Assembly (NCBI GenBank): GCA_026026165.1 | Contig: JAPEUD010000002.1 | Location: 620,001 to 684,000 of the forward strand | Length of the DNA: 64,000 nt | Reading direction: 5' to 3' | Source of the DNA: Sarea resinae | Lineage: Eukaryota | Shown here: one piece after another, positions 13,149-25,197 of the stretch | Numbering within the stretch: the stretch's first letter is position 1 | Layout: each line of letters starts with the position of its first letter | Made by a program: the position numbers and the translations under genes | Notes under the pieces: model-generated | What the model was told of the DNA's origin: nothing | Seen by the model: only the letters and a program-made list of their open reading frames with translations | Database searches by the model: none

Positions 13149-15058
13149 TTTTTCTTGGGCTCCCTCCTCCGCTCCCACACCTGCAGATAGCTCTCCTTGG
13201 TGAAGAGCGTCTCGGCGCTGACGCGCTCGACCCAGAGATCCTGCACCTCGAACCATTCGTCCTCGCCCCGGCTCCGATCGCGCACCTGCACGCGCCACAT
13301 CTTTGCTTCCTCCCCGCCCCCCGCGGCCGCCACGACGCCGCTGCTATCGCCGCCGATGGGGCCGCCGACGCTTCCTCCGACCGCGGCCGCGGCAGCCGCG
13401 GCCCCCGCCCCAGAAGCTTTCTTGTCGCTGGCTCCCGACGAATTCGACGACGAGCCCTTGCGCACGGCCTCGTGCGTGACGTTGGCCACGAGATCGTACC
13501 AGATGGGGTCGCTGGGGCTGGCGATGGCCGGGTTCGGCTCGACGTAGGGGGCCATGTCGAGCGAGCGGGGCGAGAAGGTGACGATGGTGGGGTTGCGCTC
13601 GGCGACGAACTTGTTCTGGCTGAAGCGCTTGATGTGGAAGAGCAGGTACGGCGGCAGCGGGTGCAGGAGGCGGTGTCGCTTGCGCATCTGCAGGTGCTCC
13701 TGCGCCGTCGTGCCGTTGTACTTGGCCAGGATCGTCGTCAGCGGCACTTGCGGGATGATGTTCCGGTCGAGCTCGTCCTGGAAGAGCGGTGCCGGGGGCA
13801 GGTCGAGCGTGAGCAGTAGGAATGGGTGCGACGTCGTTTTGACCTCGGCCGATTCTTCGAACCGGAGCCGGTCCCCCGACGCGTCTGCTTTGGGCGTGAT
13901 GAGCTGCGCTTCCACTTTCAGCTTGCCCTGGAATATCTTCTGGATGATGGACGACTGAGGTTTTGTCTTGGAGCCGCCGAGGGCGAGATGCAGATTGTTG
14001 AGGAACCAGGAGAGGAAGTCGACCGGGTCGGATTGCGTCGTGAGGTTAAAGCGTTTGTTGGAGCGTAAGGAGATTTCCTGCAGGAGCTCGTGCGGCGATA
14101 CGTGTGATTTGAAGGCGCGCGGATTCCAGATCTTGCGGATCAGGATCGAGAAGCGCGAGATCAGCTCCGTGGATGTGGCCTGTGGGGAGAGCATGAGGAA
14201 GTTGCGGAGTGGAGGGACGTGGGCGAGCGCATGCACGATGACGTTTAGGTAGTCGTTTGCTTTGATATTGTTCATACCTACGAAGCCTTTTTTGTTTTCG
14301 ACCGTATGTCAGTGAACTAGATTCTCGCTGTGCGATTGCTTGATAGGGGGAGGAGGGAAAAGGGGCTTACCAGGCGTGTATTTCTTGCCGGACAGATCCC
14401 ACGCCGTCTTGGGCTCCTTGTCGAGCTTGGCCACCTCTTCCTTCGAATACCGCGGATCCACGACAAACTTGATGTCCTCCAAGCTCTTGCTCTTGACCTC
14501 ATACCCTTCAGGAAGCACGTAGACTTTCTTGGTCTCCATATTCACAAAGACATGATGGCCGACCTCGAGCGCATGGAAATAGGCATGCGACTTGGGGCCG
14601 CGACCCTGGTAGTATCTGCCGCACACAAGGCAGGCGTAGACGTTGATGTTCGAGAGCGACACCGAGCACAGCTTTTCAAAGTCGAAGTCGAGCACGGCCC
14701 GGTTGATGGTGTCGAGGTAAAGATCTGTATAGCCCTCAGCAGGAGCAGTCTGTCGCGCCGGGGCCCTGATCGCAGGCTGGTCTTGGTCGATGTCGGCGGC
14801 ATCATCATCATCTGGGGGCGCCTCCTGGACCGCTGCTTCTTCCAACTCCTCCTCTTCCCGGTCGGCAGCAGCCAAGATATCGTTTCCGGCCCTCTCGTCG
14901 TCTTCGGGCCTGTGGTGGCCATTCGTCGCAGGTGCATTGGTGCTGGTGCGAACAACGCCGCCCTCTGCAGCGCTTTCCTCGACGCGAGCTTTTTTCGATG
15001 CCGGAGAGTCGCAGGCGACGATGTCTTCTAGAGGCTCCTCGGCCTGTCGTTTGGCCAT
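13115..15058 (-). CDS. SAD1: U4/U6.U5 tri-snRNP-associated pseudo-deubiquitinase Sad1 (USP39)
   Basis: ZnF-UBP (LDFDFEKLCSVSLSNINVYACLVCGRYYQGRG), then PGFVGMNNIKANDY (Asp in place of the catalytic Cys) and IWNPRAFKSHVSPHELLQ. Intron 14287-14370. Confidence 0.95.
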
Positions 15059-15437
15059 TTGGACGGTGGGCGCTGGGCGGTGGACGGTGGCTGCTGAGAG
15101 TTGAGAGTTGAGGGTTGAGGGTTTTGATGCTGTGCACGTTCGCGATCTCAAAAGAAGTCTTGGCGCACGTCGTCGGCCAAAATAATGAGTGGAACCTCGC
15201 GACTCACTACCACTCCGACTATAAAGAGAGTACCCAATGCTGATATCAGTCATTATGATTTATATCCTTTCGTTTACCTCAGCCTTGTAGTGAAATAGCA
15301 TTGATACGTTGGTCATTGGTATTCTTCTCCTCGACGATACTCCTATGATATGCTCTATGTAATTACCTGCCCTTCGGCTTCAATTTCAATGCGGCAATAA
15401 CCCTTCGATACGCCACTCTCTAGACCAATAATCTCCG

Positions 15438-16950
15438 TCAATAAACTTCCTGTCTTCGCTTTCGGCCAGAATCGTCGTAACTTTTCGGTTCCTTGTGGCT
15501 CCGTCTCGCTGATCCCGATCCATGACGGTCGTCATCCGTGTCCCGGCGCCTGCGCTCTTGGGCTCTGCGATCATCGTAGTCATCATCATCTCGGTACCGC
15601 CTGCGATCTCTCTCCTTGCGATCGTAGTCTTCATCGTCATCCCTGTGCCGTCTCCGTTTGCTGTCGGGAGATCGACTCCTGTCTCGCCGTCTGGAACTGT
15701 GCCTACTGCTATCCGATCCCTTGTCACTTCCCCTGTCTCTTCGATTGCTGCGATCTCTATCTCGATCCCTATCGCATCGTCAGTGAAATTGCCATGGCTT
15801 TCGTTCTCGGAGATTTCAATTACCTGGAACCTGCTCTGCTCCGCTCGACCTTCCTATCCCGATCAATCGCCAAATTCCTGTCCCTCCGACTTTTCCAGTC
15901 CTCTTCTTCCCTCTTCTGCTCTTCCTTCTTCACCTTGAGCTCGTCCTCCGTCAACATCTCGCCTGTCTTTGAGTTTCGTAATAGCACAGGATTGTAAGTT
16001 TTATCGACTTTCCGCCTTCCCTTTGCTGCCTTGCCCCATGCGCCAAATTCATCTCCGACCCCTCCAGGAACTTCTTTTGCGCCAATACCAAGTAGTGCAG
16101 GTCGTCGCTCGACCACTCTCGGTTTACTGATGACGTCCTTTCGTTTGCCAACGACGTCTCCTTCCTTCCAGCCCATTCCTCGTAGTAAGGCGGCGCCAAA
16201 TTCCTCGACTGGGACCGCGGCATAGTCCTCCAACGAAGCTGGCTCTGGCCGCGAGGCAACATCAGATTTGAAAGAATCTTCCTCACCTACTCCGTTTCCT
16301 CTTCCATTCCAGCCATTGCCGCCGTCCTGGTCTTCGACGGCTGGAAGTACGAGATTGGTCGACCTCTGACCGCCGTCGCTCATCAGAGCCTCCAGAGCCA
16401 GCTGATCTTCCGTCTTCTGTATTTCTGGCTCCTTTGACTCCCGATCCTCGCTTTGAGATTCCTGGCCGTTCTCTCGACTCTCCGTTTGCACGAAGGTAAG
16501 TCCATAAGCCTGCGGTGCTCCGTTGAGCCTATCGTCTGGATCCTCGCCAGTTGTGAGACCTCTGCTTGCTTGGGCGGCTTGCACTTCTGCTGGCAGCAAG
16601 TTCCTGCTTTTCTTTCGTCTGCTTTCCTCTCGCCAGTCTCTGTTCTTCTGTGTCTGGATTACCAACGGCGCCTTTTCGGGCTGGCGACCGTTCACGCTTA
16701 TCGCACCGCCGGCAGCATGGTCGAAGGAGGAGACAAGCTGAGCTTTCGGAGCGCTATCATCTTCATCATCCGAATCCTCGAGAGAGGAGTGAGGGCGTTT
16801 GGCGCCGTTGGAAGGAGTGAGCGGTTTGCGCGAGAGAGGCGAAGGCTTCTGTTTCGAGGAGCCCAGAGATAGTGAGAATGTCTTGGATGGCTGAGCTGAA
16901 GGCGACGAACTCGAACTTGGCGGCACTCCCTGAGCATTCGCGGAAGCCAT
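15438..16950 (-). CDS. SPP2: G-patch splicing factor Spp2/GPKOW-like
   Basis: DYAAVPVEEFGAALLRGMGWKEG..RRPALLGIGAK is the Spp2/MOS2 G-patch. Intron 15769-15823 is followed by an R/D/S-rich tail ending at TGA 15438. Confidence 0.88.
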
Positions 16951-17319
16951 ATGGAGTGACTGAGTGAGAAAACGACAGAAAGAAGAGCTGGCTACCAACA
17001 GGATGAGGTTTCTGTGATCATGACTGATTGCGATGCTGCGGCCAACCATCGTGTATTGTGTGGCTTGACTTTGTCGATGTGGCGGTACGAAGAGGTGAGC
17101 CTCATATTAGCACGTGATTAATTCTGGAGTAGAAGTACTCCGAGTACTCCTTAATACTCCTGCATAGGGCATCACACAGTACAACCTTATTCTTTCGCCC
17201 CTGATATCAAGGCCGGGGTATTATGTTCTGACCATGGTATTGGATTTTTAGACGGTAGACAATCATCTTATGTGAGGTATACTAGAGAAAGCACAGTCCG
17301 GCTACAAGTCTCAAAATAC

Positions 17320-20300
17320 CTACTTGAGCTTGACCCGAAAGATGCCCTCCAAAGCCTCCTGCCAACTCTCAATCAATTTCGACAGGAATATTTCCATCCA
17401 CGGCTCACCAACAAGATCCTGAATAGCGGCCCCTAAAGAGTTCTTCCCACTTTCCTTTCCAGAGATTTGGACCACCAAGAATCCCACCACTCCACTCTCA
17501 GACAGGCTATTCTTGACTTGTACGGCCTGAGATCGAACCTCTTGATAAGTTTCGCTGACGAGATCCTTGATACGAGCCATCTCCACCTTAACGGACTTGG
17601 ATTTCCCTACTTTGGTTTTAGATAGGTAGTCCACCAACATGGAAATTGTTTTGACCGATTCGAGACACGTAAAGCTCGCGTGAAAGAAGACCCAGTCGAG
17701 GAGGGTGAGAGTGCTCTGACGGTTGTCAAGCTTGAGTTGCTCCAGCCTATCGTTCTCGAAATCCACGCGTATTGCTCCAAGCTTGTCCTCTATCCACTGC
17801 TGAACATGAGAAAGCCCAACATCTGTCGGATTTGACTGTGTCACCGCTGACAAGGTCTCTTCTAGATGCGTCTGTAGATGCAATGCCTCTATTTCACAGC
17901 CCGTCATCTCGTCCGCCAGTTTCCCAGGGTCTCTACTGTCCAACAGTCTTGAAGCCGTATCACGAGCATCCTTCACGGGCGAGGTCGAGGCGAGTCTACT
18001 CATTGTATCGTCCAACCACAACAACGACCCAAGCCAACGACTCTGCGAAGACATGTCAGTTGCATTTCATCTTTCTCTTGTATTTAGATATAGACGTACA
18101 TTTGGTGTCGGCCCAACCTTCACATGGTCCTCAAATCTAGGGACACCAGAAGCTTCAAGATTGATCATGGTATGAAAGTCTCTGTTGTCTCGAAATGCTG
18201 GGGGGATTGATTCTAGGCGCAAAGAGCAGATTAGTCCCCGGCCGTCTCCACACATGTGAGCGTAATGCCAAGAGTATGAAGCAATCATACCTATCAGATC
18301 TAAGTCTTGGTCTTGTCTGTCTGAAGAGAACAATCTTGCTATCCGTCGTCTCTCAAGTGCCCACATAGGCTTGCAGATACTGCCATTCAGCCTCCGATCG
18401 AACTCCTGAAATCCTTCAATCTGACAATACGTCCCCTTGTTGAGGGCCAGTTTCATCATCTCTGGGACCTCCGGTTGCGCTATCCGGTAGAGCCGAAGAG
18501 CATTTCTAAGATACGCGTCTGGGTCAGTGAACGCCAGCTGGGAGCCCGCGTTCGCCGTCGTAGTAATTGAGTGGGGATGAATCGTGGAGAGTCGTGTGAA
18601 AAAGTTGTATGATACTGTATCGTGTTGTATCTGCTTTACCTGCAGTTCGGCGTAGCGCTGCATCGCGAGCGAGCCGGTACCGAGGATCATATGCAGTCGT
18701 ACCGAAAGAAGCCGAGCCTGGTAATTGTGTTGGGATTGAGAGAGGAGGAAGTCGAGAAGAGCAGCTGCTTGAATCATGCACAACTTTGCATCGGCCGGAC
18801 CAGATTTCATCTCAGCCAAACGCACTAGAGCCATCACCGCCAATATACAAACATCATCTCCCGGTTGATTGTCTGTTGGTAGAAGATGTGAGCCAAGGGG
18901 AAGGGAATCTTTGTAGACCCTAATGCAGGCAGTGATAAAGAGCTCAAAGCCTTGCTGTGTAACATCTTGATTATCTGCCGAGAAATTGATGAGATATTCT
19001 AGCTTGAACAAATTGATCTCTGAATAGAGTTTGCGGAGCTTCGAAGCCTGCTGGAGAGGGCGAGTCAGTCTAGACATGAAACAAAACATTGGGTTATCGT
19101 CCTCACCACATCAGGAGTGCCATCGATCTCCAGACTCTCGACGTGCTTGCTGGCACTGCTAAGGAGCTCAACCCGTTGAGGGTCGTTCAGCTGCTCGACA
19201 TGCAAACGAAGGTCATCAAAGCAGCAGAGCTTCACGGAATGGGTCTCGAAGTAATCTTGACAGGCGGTAAGTAGAGAAGAGCATGCCCCATCCGAGACGC
19301 CTCTGGCGACGGTCTGTTGGTGCATGAACTGCAAGAAGGCAAGCTGGGAGTTTCTCGAAGCTTTGGGTGCACATAGGTAGGCTTGGATAGTCTTCTCAGT
19401 AGCCGCCGAGTTCCTGTCAGGTTTGTCAGAATGAGCAACAGTCTACGACCAGAAGCCCACTCACTCTCCAGTTTGAATGTGCTTGCTCGCCAGTAGCATT
19501 CCCTGCCACAATCTCAAATCATCGTCTCTAACAAAAGTATTTGAGGATGATGTTTCATTGCCAGCTTCATATCTGCGGCGCCATACATCATCCAACAGCT
19601 TTTTGCAAAACTCCCATTTCTCCTGCCACAGATTCTGGATGCCTAGAATCTCGAGTTTCTCTCGAACGAAGCTCCAATCGCCTTTCGCTACAGGTGAGAA
19701 GATTCCAAGGTTCTCGCTATCAAGAATGGACAGCGCTTCTTTGAAGTAGCCTTGTTTTCGGTAGATGGAGATAAGTAATTGGAGCTCGTCGGGGGTTTGA
19801 ACTGCTCTACCCGGGCTCAAGAGGATTTTCTAAAGATCCGCCGTAAGCGTTCAATCCAGGTCTAAAGGGCTGCAGTCTGCGCTCACCGAGTCTGTTGGAA
19901 CTTCTGACGCAGCTTTGGAGATCATCCGATATGCTAAGGTTCCGAATAGTTTTCGATCGGAATCTGACGCTTCGGGGGAGAGGTAGATTAGATGACACAT
20001 CAGAATGGCCCAGAAATAGTAGTCTCGATTTTTTGGAAAGAATCTTTGGAGAAACATTGCAGCCTACAAGCAAAGCGGATCAGCAGGTCAATTGGTAGCG
20101 CAAAGCTTTGAACTAAAATACCTTTTGCGCATCCACCCATTGGTTCAGCTCAAAAGTAATCATAAACCATTCTTTTGGCAAGCTTTCATCACCGGACCTG
20201 AACTTCGCAGCCCTCTCCCACAGCAATGCAACATTGACAGAGCGTCTGCCCTTCAGAACAGATTTCCTCGCATTAGACCCGCCCAGAGCTTGTTGGATCA

Positions 20301-20624
20301 TGGAAAGTGTATGAAGATCGGTGACGGGAGGCTCTTTGGCGCAGAGTCTCTCAAACTCCGTGACTCCTTGCTCTTGTTGAGATGCGGAGGGCGAAGTCAG
20401 GAGAACGTGAGCCCTTAAAGCCTGTATAGAGTTGTGAGGTCAATGCCTTTGAGACCCTGTAGAAATTTGCTGGACGGGGGTAGATATCAACTCACGAGGA
20501 GGTTGTCGCTCTTCTCGCCTTTCTTCAGCCGTTTCTCGCACAATTGCAGAGCTTGTCGAAAGTTGTTCGCATCGAGAGCCTCCCACACTTGCTTGTCTCG
20601 CCGGCGATCCACTTCGGACGACAT
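17320..20624 (-). CDS. MDM20: NatB N-acetyltransferase auxiliary subunit (Mdm20/NAA25)
   Basis: MSSEVDRRRDKQVWEALDANNFRQALQLCEKRLKK; AAMFLQRFFPKNRDYYFWAIL; KLCCFDDLR; HNYQARLLSVRLHMILG..LQVKQIQHDTVSY. About seven introns, including 20422-20495, 18213-18290 and 18043-18099. Confidence 0.88.
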
Positions 20625-21134
20625 GGTGAGAGCGAAAGCAGGTGCGATGCTGGGTGCTCAAGGTGGTAAGGTAAACACTTCCATAAATAACGAATTGACG
20701 AAGGGTACGAAATTCTACACGTTAGGTGCCCGCCGGCCACCGAGGGGCCATCTCGCTTTATCGATAAGGGCCACACGTGATCGGCTCGATAAGGCTGAAC
20801 AGGAACGTTCAGCAGTACCTCCACCGGTACCTTCCTGTTGTACCTTGGAATCCTCGTGGTCGTCATTCAGAGTGCACATGCGTTTCATGGATGTCAATTG
20901 TGACGGTGATAGTCTCTACTGCAATGTCGCCCATGGGGATCCATTCTGATGCTAGGCATTCGTGAAGCAATAGTCTGAACGAGACAGCATCGCTATGCTC
21001 TCCTCCCATGATCCGTGGCCGAGAGAGCTTCACATGATAAGAAAGGCACGGTCGACTGACTTGGAAGCCCAATACCTTACCTACCTATGCAACAATGCGT
21101 CAACGTCACTCGCAGTAAGTTTTGTCGAGCCCCT

Positions 21135-21179
21135 GGGTGGCTTTCCACCGGGTGGCTTTCCACCGGGTGGCTTTCCACC
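21135..21179. repeat. Perfect tandem repeat (GGGTGGCTTTCCACC) x3; each unit is self-complementary
   Basis: Read directly from the sequence. Each unit is GGTGG-CTTT-CCACC. Confidence 0.95.
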
Positions 21180-23886
21180 CACCTCACCTATAGGTCGATA
21201 GGCAGATAGGTATGCTTTATATAGTGCAGTTCCGAGCGTCTATCTACCTTAGGTTGCCTTGCCTTACCTTAAGGTTGGTCACCCAAACCTCTTATCGTCC
21301 CTAGAAAATAAGGTGGTAATCTCCCTCCTTACGCCTCGCTTCTTTCCCTTCAGCCATCTAGATAAGGAGAGCACGCTAGCGTTTGACTTTGTCGGCCTGC
21401 CACGGCCTCGGTGATCGTATGGATGAGAACCGTCTTCAGAAGACATCTGATACCACGGATCGACGTTGAAAGGAAAGAGTGGAGGAAAAGCAATTCTGAG
21501 GCTCTTGATCTGCCCTCAGCTCCGCTCGGGTTACCGACATCTGGACCAAACAATGATGAAGCCGTACCTACCGCAGTACCAAAGGTTCCGTAGGCAAGCT
21601 TGGCAGTTCGGCTAACGGCTTCGCTTATCGATAAGACACCAATCCATTAATCCAGTTCGCTGATCAGAGAGATACGGCTTCGTATTCATCGACACGCACG
21701 CCTTATCAGTAATACTCCTCCGCTCTCGCTCACCGCCGATCATATCGATCGACTATGGTAAGGTCGGTGAGTAAGCTAGTCTGGAGCGTAGAGCACCGCG
21801 CACGAGACCAGAACCCCAATCTATGCCCAATGGACGGAGGTATGTGAGGTAGCTAAGGTTGGTATATCGGTAATCTACACAGACCTCGATTAAGACTCAA
21901 GCAATCGCTGACTAGCAGTGCATAATTGAGGCTATCAATGGACGGACGGGACAAGACGGGATTGGCAAACAGTACAGCCTCATCTATGAAGGTGAGGAGG
22001 AACGTCGGTCCTGAGGATGCATTCAGTCATCGTTCATCGTCGCCATCATCAAAGCCTTCAAGATTAGTAAAAGTGGTAGGTACCGTAACTCTCTCCTTGT
22101 CTCTCTTCTCGTCGCAAGTCAAGCCGTTCAATCACCCGAGACAAGTTCGCATGTGGAGCAGGACAAGGGTCCGCAGCATCGAGGTGTTACAGACCCAGAG
22201 ACCGCGACGGCACGATACTTTACATGTGCTGTATGACAAACCATCTATGCGTAGAACATCGTCGATGACCCACGGAATCGAGCAAGAAGGAGGAGAAGAC
22301 ATTGTCCGAGTGATGATGATGATGATGGCAGGATCAAAACATGCAAAGGGAGGATCGAAACCTCAGGACAGGTAAATCGTGATAGGTTGTCGCCACAGCA
22401 GACGAGAGTTCGGTGGTTGTAAATAAACGATCAGCATCCGACTGCACTGGAGATCCTGATATGGAAAAAACATCCTGTCGCCTCGTCTCATCTCCTCGAT
22501 GACTGGATTTATCCGCAACTCTGTCCCGTCACACTGCATCCGTCGACCCCAGCCGTTGACTCAATACTCGATAGCCCTCCACACCTATTTTGACGTCGGC
22601 CATGATAAGTTATTACGTGTCTCCACATCGACCTGCTTGGGCCCTGCCGACACTGGCTCCCCAGTCTTCGGCCAAGATAGTTCGGGCGAGCATATGGCGG
22701 AAGAGGTTCACATGTAGCATTTAGCGTGGACGCCATGCGCGATGCGGACCCAGTCCACCCCATCACAATGTGCGGACTGCCCGGCATGATCCCCGTTAGC
22801 GATCGCAAAGTAACGCTGCCGAGCGAGAGCTAAGATGTTGCCGATGCTCAATGCTTCTGATAAAGTCATCGAGGCTATTGACCTAACAAAGGAACGATTT
22901 CCATAATTCACGGCGCCCTGATAGATCGACTCCACACCTCTTGCGGCGGCCAGCTACTGAATCGCTTTGTCCCGCAACTCTCCAGTTCTAATGCGTGGTA
23001 CCAGTGCTTGGAGCGGCCTCGTAGCTCATGGTCTAATGTCCGTACTTCCGGTCAGATACGCGATAAGATAACAAGGTCGGCCTGGATTCCTAGATGAAGC
23101 ATGTAGAGAGTGATGGTACTGCAATTGCCCCTCCACACTCACCCATTATCTCGATATGATCAAGCCCAGTCGGAATGCCAGGCGGAGGAAGTGTGGAGGA
23201 GCGCTGACATGGAGAGCGCTTGCTGGCCGACAGAGATCCCCTGGTCGATACGAAGACTCGTCCCCCCTCCAGGTGTCTTCGCATCCCTGATATTACGTAG
23301 ATCCGACAGATGTTTGAGGAGAACGCAGTCTGTAGTGAAGGCAGGACCATCGTTATAAAGCCATATCAAACGCTTCGTGCTCTGAATAGTCCTGCTCACT
23401 ATATTGTGATCATCATCAGCCTTTAACATCGAATTGTCCCGACACTTGTAACGGAACGCATCTCTAGGACAGATTCGAGAGTCGTGAAGTTTCCGTTATC
23501 TCTTGGATCCTTTGATTGACAAAGCCAGCTTCGAACAGTTTCAGGGAGACCAGAGGACTGTTAAAACGATTTTGTTTCAAGCACACATCCTGTTGCGTAC
23601 CGAACAACATTCAATATTCGACACACATTCACGTATCTGCAACGGTCACTAAAGATCCTCAAGCAGAGTGTCACGTAAGTGGCACTTACCTGTCCATTTC
23701 ACCTTAACACTTGACCCTTCACACCCTCAGTTGTTCACTTCACCTATATCCTCTGTTGAGATTTACCCTTCGGACTCGACTTTCTTTTCTTCCACAATCG
23801 CTTATTCGGCATCCTCACACTCAATATTTTCCAGAATCATACCCCGACCATCAGTCTTTAGCTCTTCAGAAAGATTAGTAAACAGA

Positions 23887-25197
23887 ATGGCGACTGCCGA
23901 TGTTTTGCGTTCCCCTAGGACTGCGCGTCCTGCTTTCAAGCCGATCTTCCAGCATGGCGTCTCGGCGTCTACCACGAAGCCCAGCAGCTTCGATGCTTCG
24001 AAGCACCTTATGTACAAGGAGCATCCGAAAGTTCACACGATGAAGGAGATCGGCTTCCCTGGGGAAGTCGGCATCTCTCCTGTTGCAGTGTCCGAGCCGT
24101 TCCCACTATTCTCCCCTGAAGCCATTCAGACAATGCGATCTGAAATCTTCAGCAAGGATGTAATGGACAACTGCCAATACAGCAGCAACATCGCTGCCTG
24201 TCAACTTCGTGGATTCGCTCCAAAGTAAGTCTGTCTTTTCCCACAAAGCGTGGCTTTTGATATTTTTCGTCGGCCATTCCCCTTCCTTAAAGGTCCTTGA
24301 AGACATGAGACTAATATACCTATAGGTACGCGTCCTTCGTTCATGATGCTTGGAAGAGCCCAGAAACACTCGCGGCAATTTCCAAGGTTGCTGGCGTCGA
24401 CTTGGTTCCGGTCATGGATTTTGAGATTGCACATATTAACATCTCCGTCAAGTCTGAGAAGGAAAAGGAACAAGAGCTCGAGTACGTGAAAGAGTCTCGG
24501 TCCAGAATGGCGGATGAAGGCATTGCTGGCTGTCCTTGGGAAGATGACAAGCCAGTTGTTGGCTGGCACACCGATAGCTATCCTTTCGTATGCGTCTTGA
24601 TGCTGAGTGACTGCTCAACCATGGTCGGAGGCGAGACTGCCTTGGTGACCGGAACCGGTGAGGTCTTGAAAGTCCGTGGTCCGCAGATGGTAAGCATGCT
24701 CGCTCCTCTATCTTTATATTGTCCAGCACGGCTGATTTAATATTTAGGGCTGCGCTGTTGTTCTTCAGGGTCGATACATTACCCACCAGGCTCTTCGTGC
24801 CCTCGGTGCAACAGAACGTATCACAATGGTCACCTCATTCCGCCCAAGATCTCCGCTGATCCGAGATGACACGGTCCTCACCACCGTTCGTCCAATCTCC
24901 AATTTGAGCGACCTGTACTCGGAGTTCAGTGAATACCGTCTCGAGATGCTTGAAGAACGCATTCGCGCTCAACTCAAGGACATCCGTGACCGCAAGCGCG
25001 CAGGCAAGAAGTTTGATACCAATGCCACAAAGGATTTCTTGTTGAAGCAAGAAAAATTCCTTGCTCATACTAATAGCGAGATGGTCGAGGAGGACAAGGT
25101 CCGCAAGGGCTATATTGAAGAAGTCAATCTGGCCAATGTCGAGGTTGGCGAGGGCGAGAAAGAGGATCGTGGCGTCAAGCGTGCCCGACCCAATTGA
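23887..25197 (+). CDS. Conserved fungal 2OG-Fe(II) dioxygenase-like protein
   Basis: GISPVAVSEPFPLF; WHTDSYPFVCVLMLSD (HxD); GGET; QGRYITHQAL (distal His); ERITMVTSFRP (2OG-binding Arg). Two introns at about 24225-24325 and 24690-24746. Confidence 0.8.

Noticed and set aside
19047..19053. CAGCAG tandem acceptor in MDM20
   Set aside because: A common NAGNAG that changes one residue at most.
21350..23450. Several 60-150 aa ORFs, a possible decayed gene
   Set aside because: No recognisable motif, no consistent strand and no convincing splice model; a tBLASTn search is needed.
23684..23694. ACTTACCTG matching the U1 snRNA 5' end
   Set aside because: No U1 stem-loops or Sm site follow, and it lies in the dioxygenase leader region.
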